Source: Oscillospiraceae bacterium
Lineage (GTDB): Bacteria > Bacillota > Clostridia > Oscillospirales > Oscillospiraceae
DNA length: 64,000 nt
Assembly (NCBI GenBank): GCA_017419715.1
Contig: JAFOKO010000069.1
Location: forward strand, 345 to 64,344
Direction of reading: 5' to 3'
The position numbers were made by a program, and so were the translations under genes. The notes beneath the pieces are model-generated. The model was not told the DNA's origin. It did not search any database and saw only the letters and a list, made by a program, of their open reading frames with translations. Numbering within the stretch: the stretch's first letter is position 1; the number at the start of each line of letters is the position of its first letter. This document shows positions 17,191 to 25,775 of this stretch, piece by piece.

Positions 17191-19125
17191 TCAGATTTTC
17201 TCCTCCAAAAGCTGTCGATCTTTGGCCCCGATCTCGGCTATGGATTCCTTGGTCTGCCGATAGGCACCGTCGATTTTTGTTAGTACGGAAAGCATTTCAT
17301 TCACATTTGCCTGCATTTCCTGGCAAAGCTGCTCCAGATCTTCGTGGCAGCTGCTCATATTGTCGTTGGCCTGTCCCAGCACAGTCTCCACCTGCCGGTA
17401 GACTTCCTTCGCCCGATCGCGGGCAAGGCGCTCCGTTTGCTCAGCCCGGCGATACGCCGCCAGCTCAAGCTCCGCATAGTCTCTGCTCGGTTCCGAATCC
17501 GCAAACGCGGACTTTGCGTTGGTCTCCGCCGCGGCAAGCTGTTCCTGGACTTGCGTCAAAAGCGCTTCCTTGGCATCCCGTTCTGCACGGGCCTGCTCCA
17601 GGGCGTCCTCCAAGCTCAGGATCTGGCGCTCCAGGTTTTCCCGATCGCTTTGCAGATCCGCAATGACAGTCTCTGTCTGTGCAGCATCCGACCCGGTATC
17701 CGCCTTGGCGGCAGCAAGGGCTTCCTTGGCGGCGAACAGCTCTTCCTGCAGCGCGGAATACGCATTCTGTAAGCGCTCCCGCTCTTCCTCATGTGCTTGG
17801 GCGGCGGAGGCTGCCTCAAGCTCCCAGTCCGCGCGGGACTGAAGCAGCTCTTCCTTCAGCGCATGGACCTGATTTTCCAGGCCGTCCTTGTCGCTGCGCA
17901 ATTCCTCCAGCATGGCTTCCGTTTCTTTTGTCTCCGCGTTCTCTGCAGCGGCAGAGAGGGCTTCTTTTGCCTCTGCCAGCTCATCCTGCAACGCCGCGTT
18001 GGCATTTTGCAGGCTGGCCAGTGCTTCGTCATGCGCACGCGCCATAGTGGCTGCCTCCAGCTCTCGATCCTTGCGCAGCTGCATCAGCGTTTTCTCGAGA
18101 TCCTGGATCTGGTTTTCCAGGTTTTCCTTGTCGCTGCGCAGTTCCTCGATCGTGGTCTGGGCATCCGCGGTATCCTTTGCATCGCTGTTTTCCATTGCGG
18201 CGGAAAGGGCTTCTTTTGCCTCTGCCAGCTCGTCCTGCAACGCCGCGTTGGCATTTTGCAGGCTGGCCAGTGCTTCGTCATGCGCACGCGCCATAGTGGC
18301 TGCCTCCAGCTCTCGATCCGTGCGCAGCTGCATCAGCGTTTCCTCCAGATCCTGGATCTGGCTTTCCAGGTTTTCCTTGTCGCTGCGCAGTTCCTCGATC
18401 GTGGTCTGGGCATCTGCGGTATCCTTCGCTTCGCTGTTTTCCATCGCGGCAGCAAGTGCCTCTTTCGCTTCTGCAAGTGCCTCTTGCAAATCAGCGTTTT
18501 CTTTTTTCAGCAGTTCCAGCGCTTCCTCATGCTCCGGCGTTACGGAAGCAGGCTCTTCCCGTCGGTTTGCGCGTGCCTCCGCGAGCTCATTCTCCAGGGT
18601 TTTGATGCGATGCGCAAGCTGTTCGTTGTTATGCCGCAGCTCCGAAATCGTGGCGCGAACATTTGTAAACGCAGAATCGCTCCCGGCGTTTTTCTTTGCA
18701 GCTTCCAGCGCTTCTTTTGTTTCATCCAGCTCCATTTGAAGCATGGCTTTTTCCTTTTGCAGGCGATTTCTCGCTTCCTCATGCGCTTTCAGAAGCGGGA
18801 TCGTTTCGGCATCATGTTCCACACGGATGCGGGAAAGCTCATCCTGCAATCTTTTGTTTCGTTCCGACAAATCGTTATTCAGATTTCGTAGGTCTTCAAC
18901 CAGCTCTTCTGCATCAGCGAGGGACTTCGTGGATTCGGGATTGTTTTTCGCGGCGGCAAGCGCCTCATTCGCCTCATCCAGTTCTTCTTTTAGCTTCGCG
19001 TTTGCCTTTACCAGCCGGTCCAACGCTTCTTCATGCGCCTGAGTCATTCGGTCGATAAAATCAACAACATCCTCTCGATTGTATCCGTGCAGCGCTGCCC
19101 GGAATTGGGTGGTGATCTCAGTCAC
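17191..19125 (-). CDS. DivIVA-domain protein with a long, internally repeated coiled coil.
   Basis: 644 aa. The N-terminus FRAALHGYNREDVVDFID is the DivIVA-type motif. It is followed by at least 5 modules of ~75-83 aa (LQxELxEAKEAL..AA...ELRSDKENLExQI), two of them nearly identical. Its stop is 1 nt from the pncB start. Confidence 0.75.
   Translation of the reverse strand: MTEITTQFRAALHGYNREDVVDFIDRMTQAHEEALDRLVKANAKLKEELDEANEALAAAKNNPESTKSLADAEELVEDLRNLNNDLSERNKRLQDELSRIRVEHDAETIPLLKAHEEARNRLQKEKAMLQMELDETKEALEAAKKNAGSDSAFTNVRATISELRHNNEQLAHRIKTLENELAEARANRREEPASVTPEHEEALELLKKENADLQEALAEAKEALAAAMENSEAKDTADAQTTIEELRSDKENLESQIQDLEETLMQLRTDRELEAATMARAHDEALASLQNANAALQDELAEAKEALSAAMENSDAKDTADAQTTIEELRSDKENLENQIQDLEKTLMQLRKDRELEAATMARAHDEALASLQNANAALQDELAEAKEALSAAAENAETKETEAMLEELRSDKDGLENQVHALKEELLQSRADWELEAASAAQAHEEERERLQNAYSALQEELFAAKEALAAAKADTGSDAAQTETVIADLQSDRENLERQILSLEDALEQARAERDAKEALLTQVQEQLAAAETNAKSAFADSEPSRDYAELELAAYRRAEQTERLARDRAKEVYRQVETVLGQANDNMSSCHEDLEQLCQEMQANVNEMLSVLTKIDGAYRQTKESIAEIGAKDRQLLEEKI
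17958..18455. repeat. Two near-identical in-frame tandem copies of a 249-bp unit inside the DivIVA-domain gene.
   Basis: GGGCTTCTTTTGCCTCTGCCAGCTC... begins at both 17958 and 18207, a period of 249 bp (83 codons). Only scattered mismatches are visible between the copies. Flanking copies are more diverged. Confidence 0.85.
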
Positions 19126-19165
19126 GACATTAGCCTCCTCGTTTTCTTTTTCTTTCGATCCGTGT

Positions 19166-20392
19166 TTAGTCTTTGATGATTGCCTTGTGGTGAACTTTCT
19201 TTCCTTTGCGAATATGCAGCCCGTCCTTGAGCTGATCGACCGTGAAACTCAGCTCAAAGCCCGTAACCTTTTCATCGTTGATTGTGATCCCGCCGCCCTG
19301 GATCAGCTTGCGCGCATCAGAGCGGGAGGAAGCCAGCTTGCAGATCGTCAAGACGGTAATCACATCGATCACGCCGTCCGGCATGTCGGATGCGGACAAC
19401 TCTGTGGTGGGCATATTGGCATCATCTGAGCCGCCTGCAAACAGCGCTTTTGCGGCGTTCTGTGCCTTCTCCGCTTCTTCCTCACCGTGGACCATTTTGG
19501 TCAACTCGTAGGCCAGGATCTCTTTGGCCCGGTTCAGCTGCTCGCCTTCCCACCGGTCCATTTCATTGATCTGCTCCAGCGGCAGGAAGGTTAGCATACG
19601 GATGCACTTCAGCACATCTGCATCCCCTACATTGCGCCAGTACTGGTAGAACGCAAACGGACTGGTTTTGTTTGGATCGAGCCAGACCGCGTTGCCGGCT
19701 GTCTTGCCCATCTTTTTGCCCTGGGAGTCCGTCAACAGGGTAATGGTCATACAGTGCGCGTCCTTGCCAAGCTTCCGGCGGATCAATTCAGTACCGCCCA
19801 GCATGTTGGACCACTGATCGTCGCCGCCAAACTGCATATTGCAGCCGTAGTGCTGGAACAGATGGTAGAAGTCGTAGGACTGCATGATCATATAGTTGAA
19901 TTCCAGGAAGGACAGCCCCTTCTCCATGCGCTGCTTGTAGCACTCGGCGCGCAACATGTTGTTGACCGAGAAGCATGCACCGACCTCTCGGAGCATATCC
20001 ACATAGTTCAGCTGCAACAGCCAGTCCGCGTTGTTGACCATCTGGGCCTTGCCCTCGCCAAATTCGATAAAGCGCTCCATCTGCTTTTTAAAGCAGGCGG
20101 CGTTGTGGTCAATGTCTTCTTTTGTCAACATTTTGCGCATGTCCGTACGGCCGGAAGGGTCGCCGATCATCGTCGTGCCGCCGCCGATCAGCGCGATGGG
20201 CTTGTTGCCTGCCAGCTGCAGGCGCTTCATCAGCGTCAAAGCCATAAAATGGCCCGCTGTCAAACTGTCCGCGGTACAGTCAAAGCCAATGTAGAAGGTG
20301 GCTTTGCCCGCATTGATCATATCCCGGATCTCTTCTTCATTTGTGACCTGGGCAATCAAGCCGCGGGCCTTGAGTTCTTCGTACAATTGCAT
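19166..20392 (-). CDS. tyrS: Tyrosine--tRNA ligase.
   Basis: 408 aa. Class I HIGH-type motif (SLTAGH), KMGKT (KMSKS-type), and a C-terminal S4 domain. Confidence 0.92.
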   Translation of the reverse strand: MQLYEELKARGLIAQVTNEEEIRDMINAGKATFYIGFDCTADSLTAGHFMALTLMKRLQLAGNKPIALIGGGTTMIGDPSGRTDMRKMLTKEDIDHNAACFKKQMERFIEFGEGKAQMVNNADWLLQLNYVDMLREVGACFSVNNMLRAECYKQRMEKGLSFLEFNYMIMQSYDFYHLFQHYGCNMQFGGDDQWSNMLGGTELIRRKLGKDAHCMTITLLTDSQGKKMGKTAGNAVWLDPNKTSPFAFYQYWRNVGDADVLKCIRMLTFLPLEQINEMDRWEGEQLNRAKEILAYELTKMVHGEEEAEKAQNAAKALFAGGSDDANMPTTELSASDMPDGVIDVITVLTICKLASSRSDARKLIQGGGITINDEKVTGFELSFTVDQLKDGLHIRKGKKVHHKAIIKD

Positions 20393-20405
20393 CTGTCATT
20401 GCTCC

Positions 20406-21914
20406 TTAATGATTCTGAATCCATTGTTTGTAAGGTGTGAACTGGAAAGTAATGTCTCCACATTTGCTGTAATAATAGAATGACCCTATTGCACCTATAC
20501 TTGCATCTCCGTGGATATATCTTGGATAGGGATAGCCAGGTAGTTCAATCACGCTATCTCCACGCTGCATTGCCTCTTCGGCGATCTGGACACGGAGCCG
20601 CTCAACGGAACCGTTTTTGAAGTGGATCCACATATTCCCAAGCAGAAGCAGACAAGACGCGAGTATCATGGCCGATGCAATCTGCTTGATTCCGTCCCAA
20701 TCCATTGTGGCCTGTCGAAGCAGTGTCATCATAATAAGGATCAAGAGTGCATCAAAAAAGTAGGCGTTTCTTGGCCCCACCGGCTTAACGACAAGCAACG
20801 GCGCCATAAAGACCAGGAATGTTCCAGCCGCAACGAAGAGGACAAAGCGGGCATTGATGTTCCGAATACAACTGTATGCCGAAAAAGCAATCGCAACAAA
20901 CAGGCCCAGATCGATCAAAAAATCAATTGCAAACATATAGCGGCCGACATAATGGATCCCATAGGACAACAGGGGGAACGCCGCATAATAGAGCAAACAG
21001 GCTTTGGAGATCAAGCGCTTTCCCTTTGTTTCCGAATTCGCTCTTACACAAACAAGCATCCCGCTTAGGCAAAGCGATATCACAACAAGATAGTTTTCCG
21101 TGATGATATACTCGGAAAGCTGAACAAAATTGTTCTTCGCAATCAGCAGGAGATCGGCGAGCCCGGAAGCCTGATTCCGATAGCCTTCCAGGCCGACATT
21201 GTGGTATCCGGGCGCAAGAAACATCACGATACAGCCAATGACAGTTCCCGCAAGATGCGCGGCCAGCGTCCAATCTATCCGTTTCTTGCGAAGCAAATCC
21301 GTTACAAAAAGGGCGGCAGAAAGGGCGCACATACCGACGGAAATGTTTTCCATAAAGAATTGCGTAGACAATCCCAAAAGGAAAAGAAGCGCAATCCACC
21401 CAAAGGAATGCCGACGCAAATCATCACAAATAACTTGTTTTGCAAAACCAAAATAGAAGAAAAACAGCAGTACAGGGGGAACATAGTTAAAAAAACCCGC
21501 CGCCCAAGTATAGGTTTGAGACACCACCCGGGCGGGCATCGCAACCAGCAAAGCAAAACACATCAGATAGCTGGCAAAGCTCCGGTTTCCGGAAAGCCGA
21601 AAAACACAAAGCAAGATGAAAAGGATCACACCACAGCGAAATAACTCTCGGAGGATCTTCTGAAGGAAGAAAGTCACCAAAAAATTGCCAAGAAGGCGCC
21701 CGTTGGTCGTTTGATAATGCTGAAGCGACACATCAATTGCACGGCGAAGCTGCTCTCCAAAGCTTAGACTCGTTCCGGGTTTCGGGTAAAAATGCCAATC
21801 GTCTCCCGTAACCGGGAATCCATACGACATCAAAAGCAGAAGTACATAGGATAGAATCCCCCAAAAGAATACCTTCTTGCGATAGGATAGCTCTTGCGAG
21901 CGCTGTAATCTCAT
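20406..21914 (-). CDS. Polytopic integral membrane protein, possible GT-C-fold glycosyltransferase. Low-GC relative to its neighbours.
   Basis: 502 aa with ~12 hydrophobic segments. There is an acidic motif TGDDW just after TM1. The start overlaps the recN stop by 4 nt, and the stop is 13 nt from the tyrS start. Individual 60-nt lines counted by hand give ~37-45% GC here, against ~67% in recN. Confidence 0.5.
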   Translation of the reverse strand: MRLQRSQELSYRKKVFFWGILSYVLLLLMSYGFPVTGDDWHFYPKPGTSLSFGEQLRRAIDVSLQHYQTTNGRLLGNFLVTFFLQKILRELFRCGVILFILLCVFRLSGNRSFASYLMCFALLVAMPARVVSQTYTWAAGFFNYVPPVLLFFFYFGFAKQVICDDLRRHSFGWIALLFLLGLSTQFFMENISVGMCALSAALFVTDLLRKKRIDWTLAAHLAGTVIGCIVMFLAPGYHNVGLEGYRNQASGLADLLLIAKNNFVQLSEYIITENYLVVISLCLSGMLVCVRANSETKGKRLISKACLLYYAAFPLLSYGIHYVGRYMFAIDFLIDLGLFVAIAFSAYSCIRNINARFVLFVAAGTFLVFMAPLLVVKPVGPRNAYFFDALLILIMMTLLRQATMDWDGIKQIASAMILASCLLLLGNMWIHFKNGSVERLRVQIAEEAMQRGDSVIELPGYPYPRYIHGDASIGAIGSFYYYSKCGDITFQFTPYKQWIQNH

Positions 21915-23569
21915 GAATGAATACCTCCCAGCATCTCCGCCGCACTTTTTCTGGTTATTTCTGTGATTTCCGCTCCGCCGATCAGTCTTGCCAGTTCGTC
22001 AATGCGGCCTGCACGATCCAGCGCGGTAACATCCGTATAGGTTCTCCCCTGCCGTTCTTTTTTTTGGATCAGCAAATGATGCTCTGCCAAGGCGGCGATT
22101 TGCGGCAAATGGGTCACGCAGAGGACCTGTCGGCCTTCCGCCACCTTGCGCAGCTTTTCCGCCACCTTCTGTGCAGCCCGCCCGGAGACACCGGCATCGA
22201 CCTCATCGAAGATCATGGTGGAAACCTGGTCATTGGCCGCCATTACATGCTTCATTGCCAACATGATCCGGGCCAGTTCACCGCCGGAAGCAACTTTGGC
22301 GAGAGGCTTGACAGCCTCCCCCAGGTTTGCGCTCATCAGAAAACGCAAACCGTCCATGCCCTCCGGCCCCAAAGGCAGCTCTGAAAACGCACAGACAAAC
22401 TGCACCTTGGGCATATTCAGCTCGGTAAGTTCCTCACAGACGCGCTGTTCCAGCCTCGCGGCCGCTTCCTTTCTGGCTGTGCGAAGACGAAGCGCAATTG
22501 CCTGGGCAAAGTCCAGCGCTTTCTGATACGCCGTCTCCGCCTGCTTCAGCTTTTCATCTGCAAAGATAATATCATCCAGCTCCGTCTTGGCGTTGTTCAA
22601 AAAGTCCAGCATCTCGGTGCAGCTGGAGCCGTACTTTCGTTTCAGCTTGTGGATCAGATCCAGTCTTGCGCCGATTTCGTCAATTTCCTCTTCGGAGTAG
22701 CCAAGACGATCCCGATAATCCCGAAGCTCTTCTGTCAAATCAGCCAGAGAAAAGCTTAACTCCTGCAGTCTGTCATGAATGCCTGAGAGGGATTCATCCA
22801 GACGCAACGCAGCTGCCAGACGAGATCGTGCCTCGTCCAGCAGCTCAGAAGCGCCTTGCCCATCCTCGTCTCCATTCAAAGAAGTGATTGCGTCGTTGAC
22901 AGCAGCGGAGAGCTTTTCCCCGTTCATCAGCAGTCTCTGGCGCTGTTCAAGTGCTTCATCCTCGCCTGGACGCAAACCGGCCTTTTCCAGCTCTTTGATT
23001 TGATATTGCAGCATCTCCTGGCGGCGCGCCTTTTCGCTTTCATCCATGGACAAGCGGTCCATATCCGCCTTGCAGGCCTTGACGCGCTCCCAGGCGGCAG
23101 AATACTCTGTAAGCAAGGCTTCGTCTCCGGCAAAAGCATCCAACAGGCCCAGGTGCGTCTGCTCGTCAAAGAGCTGCTGGGAATCGTGCTGCCCATGGAT
23201 GGTCATAAGCAGCCGTCCCAGAGCGCGCAACTGGCCAACCGTAACACCTCTGCCGTTCACACGGCAGAGGTTACGGCCATCCAAAAAAACCTCTCGCTGG
23301 ATCAACAGTTCGTCTTCGTATGGTATTTGATACGCAGAAAACCAATCCAACACTGGGATTCCGTCAAACACAGCAGACACGAAAGCACGGTCTGCACCGG
23401 TTCGGATCATCTCACGATAGGCCCGTTCCCCCAAAATGGCGGAAATCGCGTCGATAATGATCGATTTGCCCGCACCGGTTTCGCCAGTCAAAACATTGAA
23501 GCCACGATCAAAGCTGATATCAGCCGCCTCAATGACCGCAATGTTTTCGATATGCAGGAGTGTTAGCAT
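21911..23569 (-). CDS. recN: DNA repair protein RecN.
   Basis: 552 aa. N-terminus MLTLLHIENIAVIEAADISFDRGFNVLTGETGAGKSIIIDAI. C-terminus GGELARIMLA...IFDEVDAGVSG. Confidence 0.93.
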   Translation of the reverse strand: MLTLLHIENIAVIEAADISFDRGFNVLTGETGAGKSIIIDAISAILGERAYREMIRTGADRAFVSAVFDGIPVLDWFSAYQIPYEDELLIQREVFLDGRNLCRVNGRGVTVGQLRALGRLLMTIHGQHDSQQLFDEQTHLGLLDAFAGDEALLTEYSAAWERVKACKADMDRLSMDESEKARRQEMLQYQIKELEKAGLRPGEDEALEQRQRLLMNGEKLSAAVNDAITSLNGDEDGQGASELLDEARSRLAAALRLDESLSGIHDRLQELSFSLADLTEELRDYRDRLGYSEEEIDEIGARLDLIHKLKRKYGSSCTEMLDFLNNAKTELDDIIFADEKLKQAETAYQKALDFAQAIALRLRTARKEAAARLEQRVCEELTELNMPKVQFVCAFSELPLGPEGMDGLRFLMSANLGEAVKPLAKVASGGELARIMLAMKHVMAANDQVSTMIFDEVDAGVSGRAAQKVAEKLRKVAEGRQVLCVTHLPQIAALAEHHLLIQKKERQGRTYTDVTALDRAGRIDELARLIGGAEITEITRKSAAEMLGGIHS

Positions 23570-23572
23570 GGA

Positions 23573-24025
23573 TCAATCCAGAAGCTTCTTGATCTCAATG
23601 CAGAAGCCGATCGCGGACTGTACATCCCGCATGATGATCAGCAGGGTATCGTCGCCTGCCAGCGTACCGACCACCACGGACATGTTCATGGCGTCAATGG
23701 CGCGGCCGGCAGCCGGAGCGAGGGTGGGAAGGGTTTTGACGACAACGATATTCTGTGCATAATCATAGCTGATCACGCTTTCCTTAAAAATCGCGTTCAG
23801 CCGGTTGGAAAATGCGCCGGAAGTCTCCTTTGTCCCAATGGAATACCGATATGTACCCATTGCAGTGAGGTCCTTCAGAATGCGAAGCTCTTTAATATCG
23901 CGTGAAATTGTGGCCTGGGTGCTGTGGAAACCCGCCTGGCGAAGCTCCTCCAGAAGCTGCTCCTGGGTCTCGATGTCCTTGGAGGCGATGATTTCCATAA
24001 TTTTAGTTTGTCTTTGTGATTTCAT
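23573..24025 (-). CDS. argR: Arginine repressor.
   Basis: 150 aa. The winged-helix N-terminus is QATISRDIKEL. The C-terminal oligomerisation domain reads GTLAGDDTLLII. Confidence 0.9.
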   Translation of the reverse strand: MKSQRQTKIMEIIASKDIETQEQLLEELRQAGFHSTQATISRDIKELRILKDLTAMGTYRYSIGTKETSGAFSNRLNAIFKESVISYDYAQNIVVVKTLPTLAPAAGRAIDAMNMSVVVGTLAGDDTLLIIMRDVQSAIGFCIEIKKLLD

Positions 24026-24052
24026 AATATCTCTCCATTTCTCGTCTCTAAG

Positions 24053-24913
24053 TTACTGGTTGAGTTTCGATTTAACTATATCAAAGAACGTTGTGTCCTT
24101 CAATTTCAGTAACTTGGTCTTTTGATTTCCCATTTCTAACAGGATCTTATCTCCCGTAAAGACGCGAAGGGCTTTCCCTCCGTCCACGGACAGAAAAGCG
24201 TTTCGTCGATTGATCCTTCCCAACTGGATCTCCACGCGTCGATTTGGGGAAGCGATCAAGCTTCGAGGCTGCAGATTGTGCGCGCAAATGGGTGTAAGAA
24301 TGATGTTATCCGCCTGAGGCTCTACGATGGGGCCGCCAGCAGACATAGAATAAGCGGTCGAGCCTGTGGGAGTTGCGGCGATCAAGCCGTCGCCAGAGAA
24401 GTTCATGGCCTCAATTCCGTCCAGGAACACAGAAGTATGAATCACGCGAGCCACAGCCCCTTTGGTGACAACAGCGTCATTCAGGGCCACATCCCGATGA
24501 ATCACCCGTCCCTCGTGGATCAGGCGCACATAGATGGTCATGCGTTCGTCGATCATATAATCATCCGTTGCAAGTCGTCGAAGAAGCTCCATTTCTTCGG
24601 ATTCCAGTTCCGCCATGAAACCGACTGTGCCGATGTTGACGCCGAGGACCGGAATTGCCCGGCGCATCGCCACCTTGGAGGCATGCAGGATAGTTCCGTC
24701 TCCGCCAAAGCAAATGAGCGCATCGGCTGTTTTTATTTCCTCTTGAAGCTCTGAGAGCGGGACATCCGCAGGAAGCGAAAAGCTGGGGTCAACATCAAAG
24801 GCAAGGCAGATCTTTACCTCCACGCCGGAGGATTCCAAAATCTTTTTTGCCTCCAAAACACAGGAAAAGTCCCTGTCCCGATAGGGATTTGGGGTCATAA
24901 CGACTTTTTTCAT
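24053..24913 (-). CDS. nadK: NAD(+) kinase.
   Basis: 286 aa. GGDGTILHA, NIGTVGFM and TPTGSTAYSMSAGGPIV motifs. Confidence 0.92.
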   Translation of the reverse strand: MKKVVMTPNPYRDRDFSCVLEAKKILESSGVEVKICLAFDVDPSFSLPADVPLSELQEEIKTADALICFGGDGTILHASKVAMRRAIPVLGVNIGTVGFMAELESEEMELLRRLATDDYMIDERMTIYVRLIHEGRVIHRDVALNDAVVTKGAVARVIHTSVFLDGIEAMNFSGDGLIAATPTGSTAYSMSAGGPIVEPQADNIILTPICAHNLQPRSLIASPNRRVEIQLGRINRRNAFLSVDGGKALRVFTGDKILLEMGNQKTKLLKLKDTTFFDIVKSKLNQ

Positions 24914-24921
24914 ATCCTTCT

Positions 24922-25722
24922 CTATTTTAACTCCTCATGGGCACTACAAACAATGGATCGCAAATCAGGCTCAAACGAAATACCGGGTTCCTTAGACAGG
25001 TGGCCTAAAAACTCGATGTTCCCCTCTGGTCCCTTGACGGGCGAAAAGCTGAGATTCTTGACGGTGAAGCCGATCTCATGCACAACGGAAAGGAAAGCCT
25101 CCAGGACCTCTCGGTGGACCTCCGGATCCCGAACGACGCCCTTTTTCCCGACCTTTTCCTTTCCCGCCTCAAACTGGGGCTTGATCAGGCAGAGCACCTG
25201 CCCGCATGGTTTCAGCAGGGAATAAATCACCGGAAGGACGATCCGAAGCGAGATGAAGGATACATCCACAACGGACAGATCCAGCGCTTCTCCCAGGTCT
25301 GCAAGCGTGACATCCCGGATATTGGTGCGCTCCATACAGACGACTCTGGGATCGTTGCGGATCTTCCAAGCCAGCTGGCCGTATCCAACATCAATGGCAT
25401 AGACCTTTCTCGCGCCATGCTGCAGAAGGCAGTCGGTAAATCCGCCGGTGGAGGCGCCGGAATCGGAGCAGACACAGTCCGTCGGGTCTACACGGAAATC
25501 CCGCAAGGCCTTTTCCAGCTTCAATCCGCCGCGGCTCACATAGGGACAGGCAACTCCGCGCACCTCGATCGACTGAGTTTTCTCTACGGAAAAGCCGGGC
25601 TTGTCCACCTTCTGCCCTTCCACATAGACCAGGCCGGACATGATCAGCGCCTGGGCTTTTGCGCGGGACGCCGCGTGACCCTGCTCCGTGAGCAGGATGT
25701 CCAGGCGTTCTTTCTGTTTCAT
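24922..25722 (-). CDS. tlyA: TlyA family rRNA 2'-O-methyltransferase (S4 domain + FtsJ-like methyltransferase).
   Basis: Start chosen at MKQKERLDILL (ATG 25720-25722, AAGGAG upstream). The longer ORF to 25896 would overlap dxs and encodes an R/P-rich nonsense extension. SAM motif: DSGASTGGFTD. Confidence 0.88.
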   Translation of the reverse strand: MKQKERLDILLTEQGHAASRAKAQALIMSGLVYVEGQKVDKPGFSVEKTQSIEVRGVACPYVSRGGLKLEKALRDFRVDPTDCVCSDSGASTGGFTDCLLQHGARKVYAIDVGYGQLAWKIRNDPRVVCMERTNIRDVTLADLGEALDLSVVDVSFISLRIVLPVIYSLLKPCGQVLCLIKPQFEAGKEKVGKKGVVRDPEVHREVLEAFLSVVHEIGFTVKNLSFSPVKGPEGNIEFLGHLSKEPGISFEPDLRSIVCSAHEELK

Positions 25723-25775
25723 ACAACAATGCTCCTTTGGGGAAAGTGGCGCGTGGGACGATGCGATGAAAGGCC

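Noticed and set aside
17700-18900. Regularly spaced repeats that might be mistaken for a CRISPR array.
   Set aside because: The repeats are 249-bp contiguous in-frame units inside a long ORF, with no spacers and no cas genes. They are a coding tandem repeat.
19126-20405. I expected T-box leaders upstream of tyrS, and similarly upstream of leuS at 45569.
   Set aside because: Only 13 nt (tyrS) and 3 nt (leuS) separate these genes from the preceding CDS. There is no room for a ~200-nt T-box riboswitch, so they appear to be internal operon genes.
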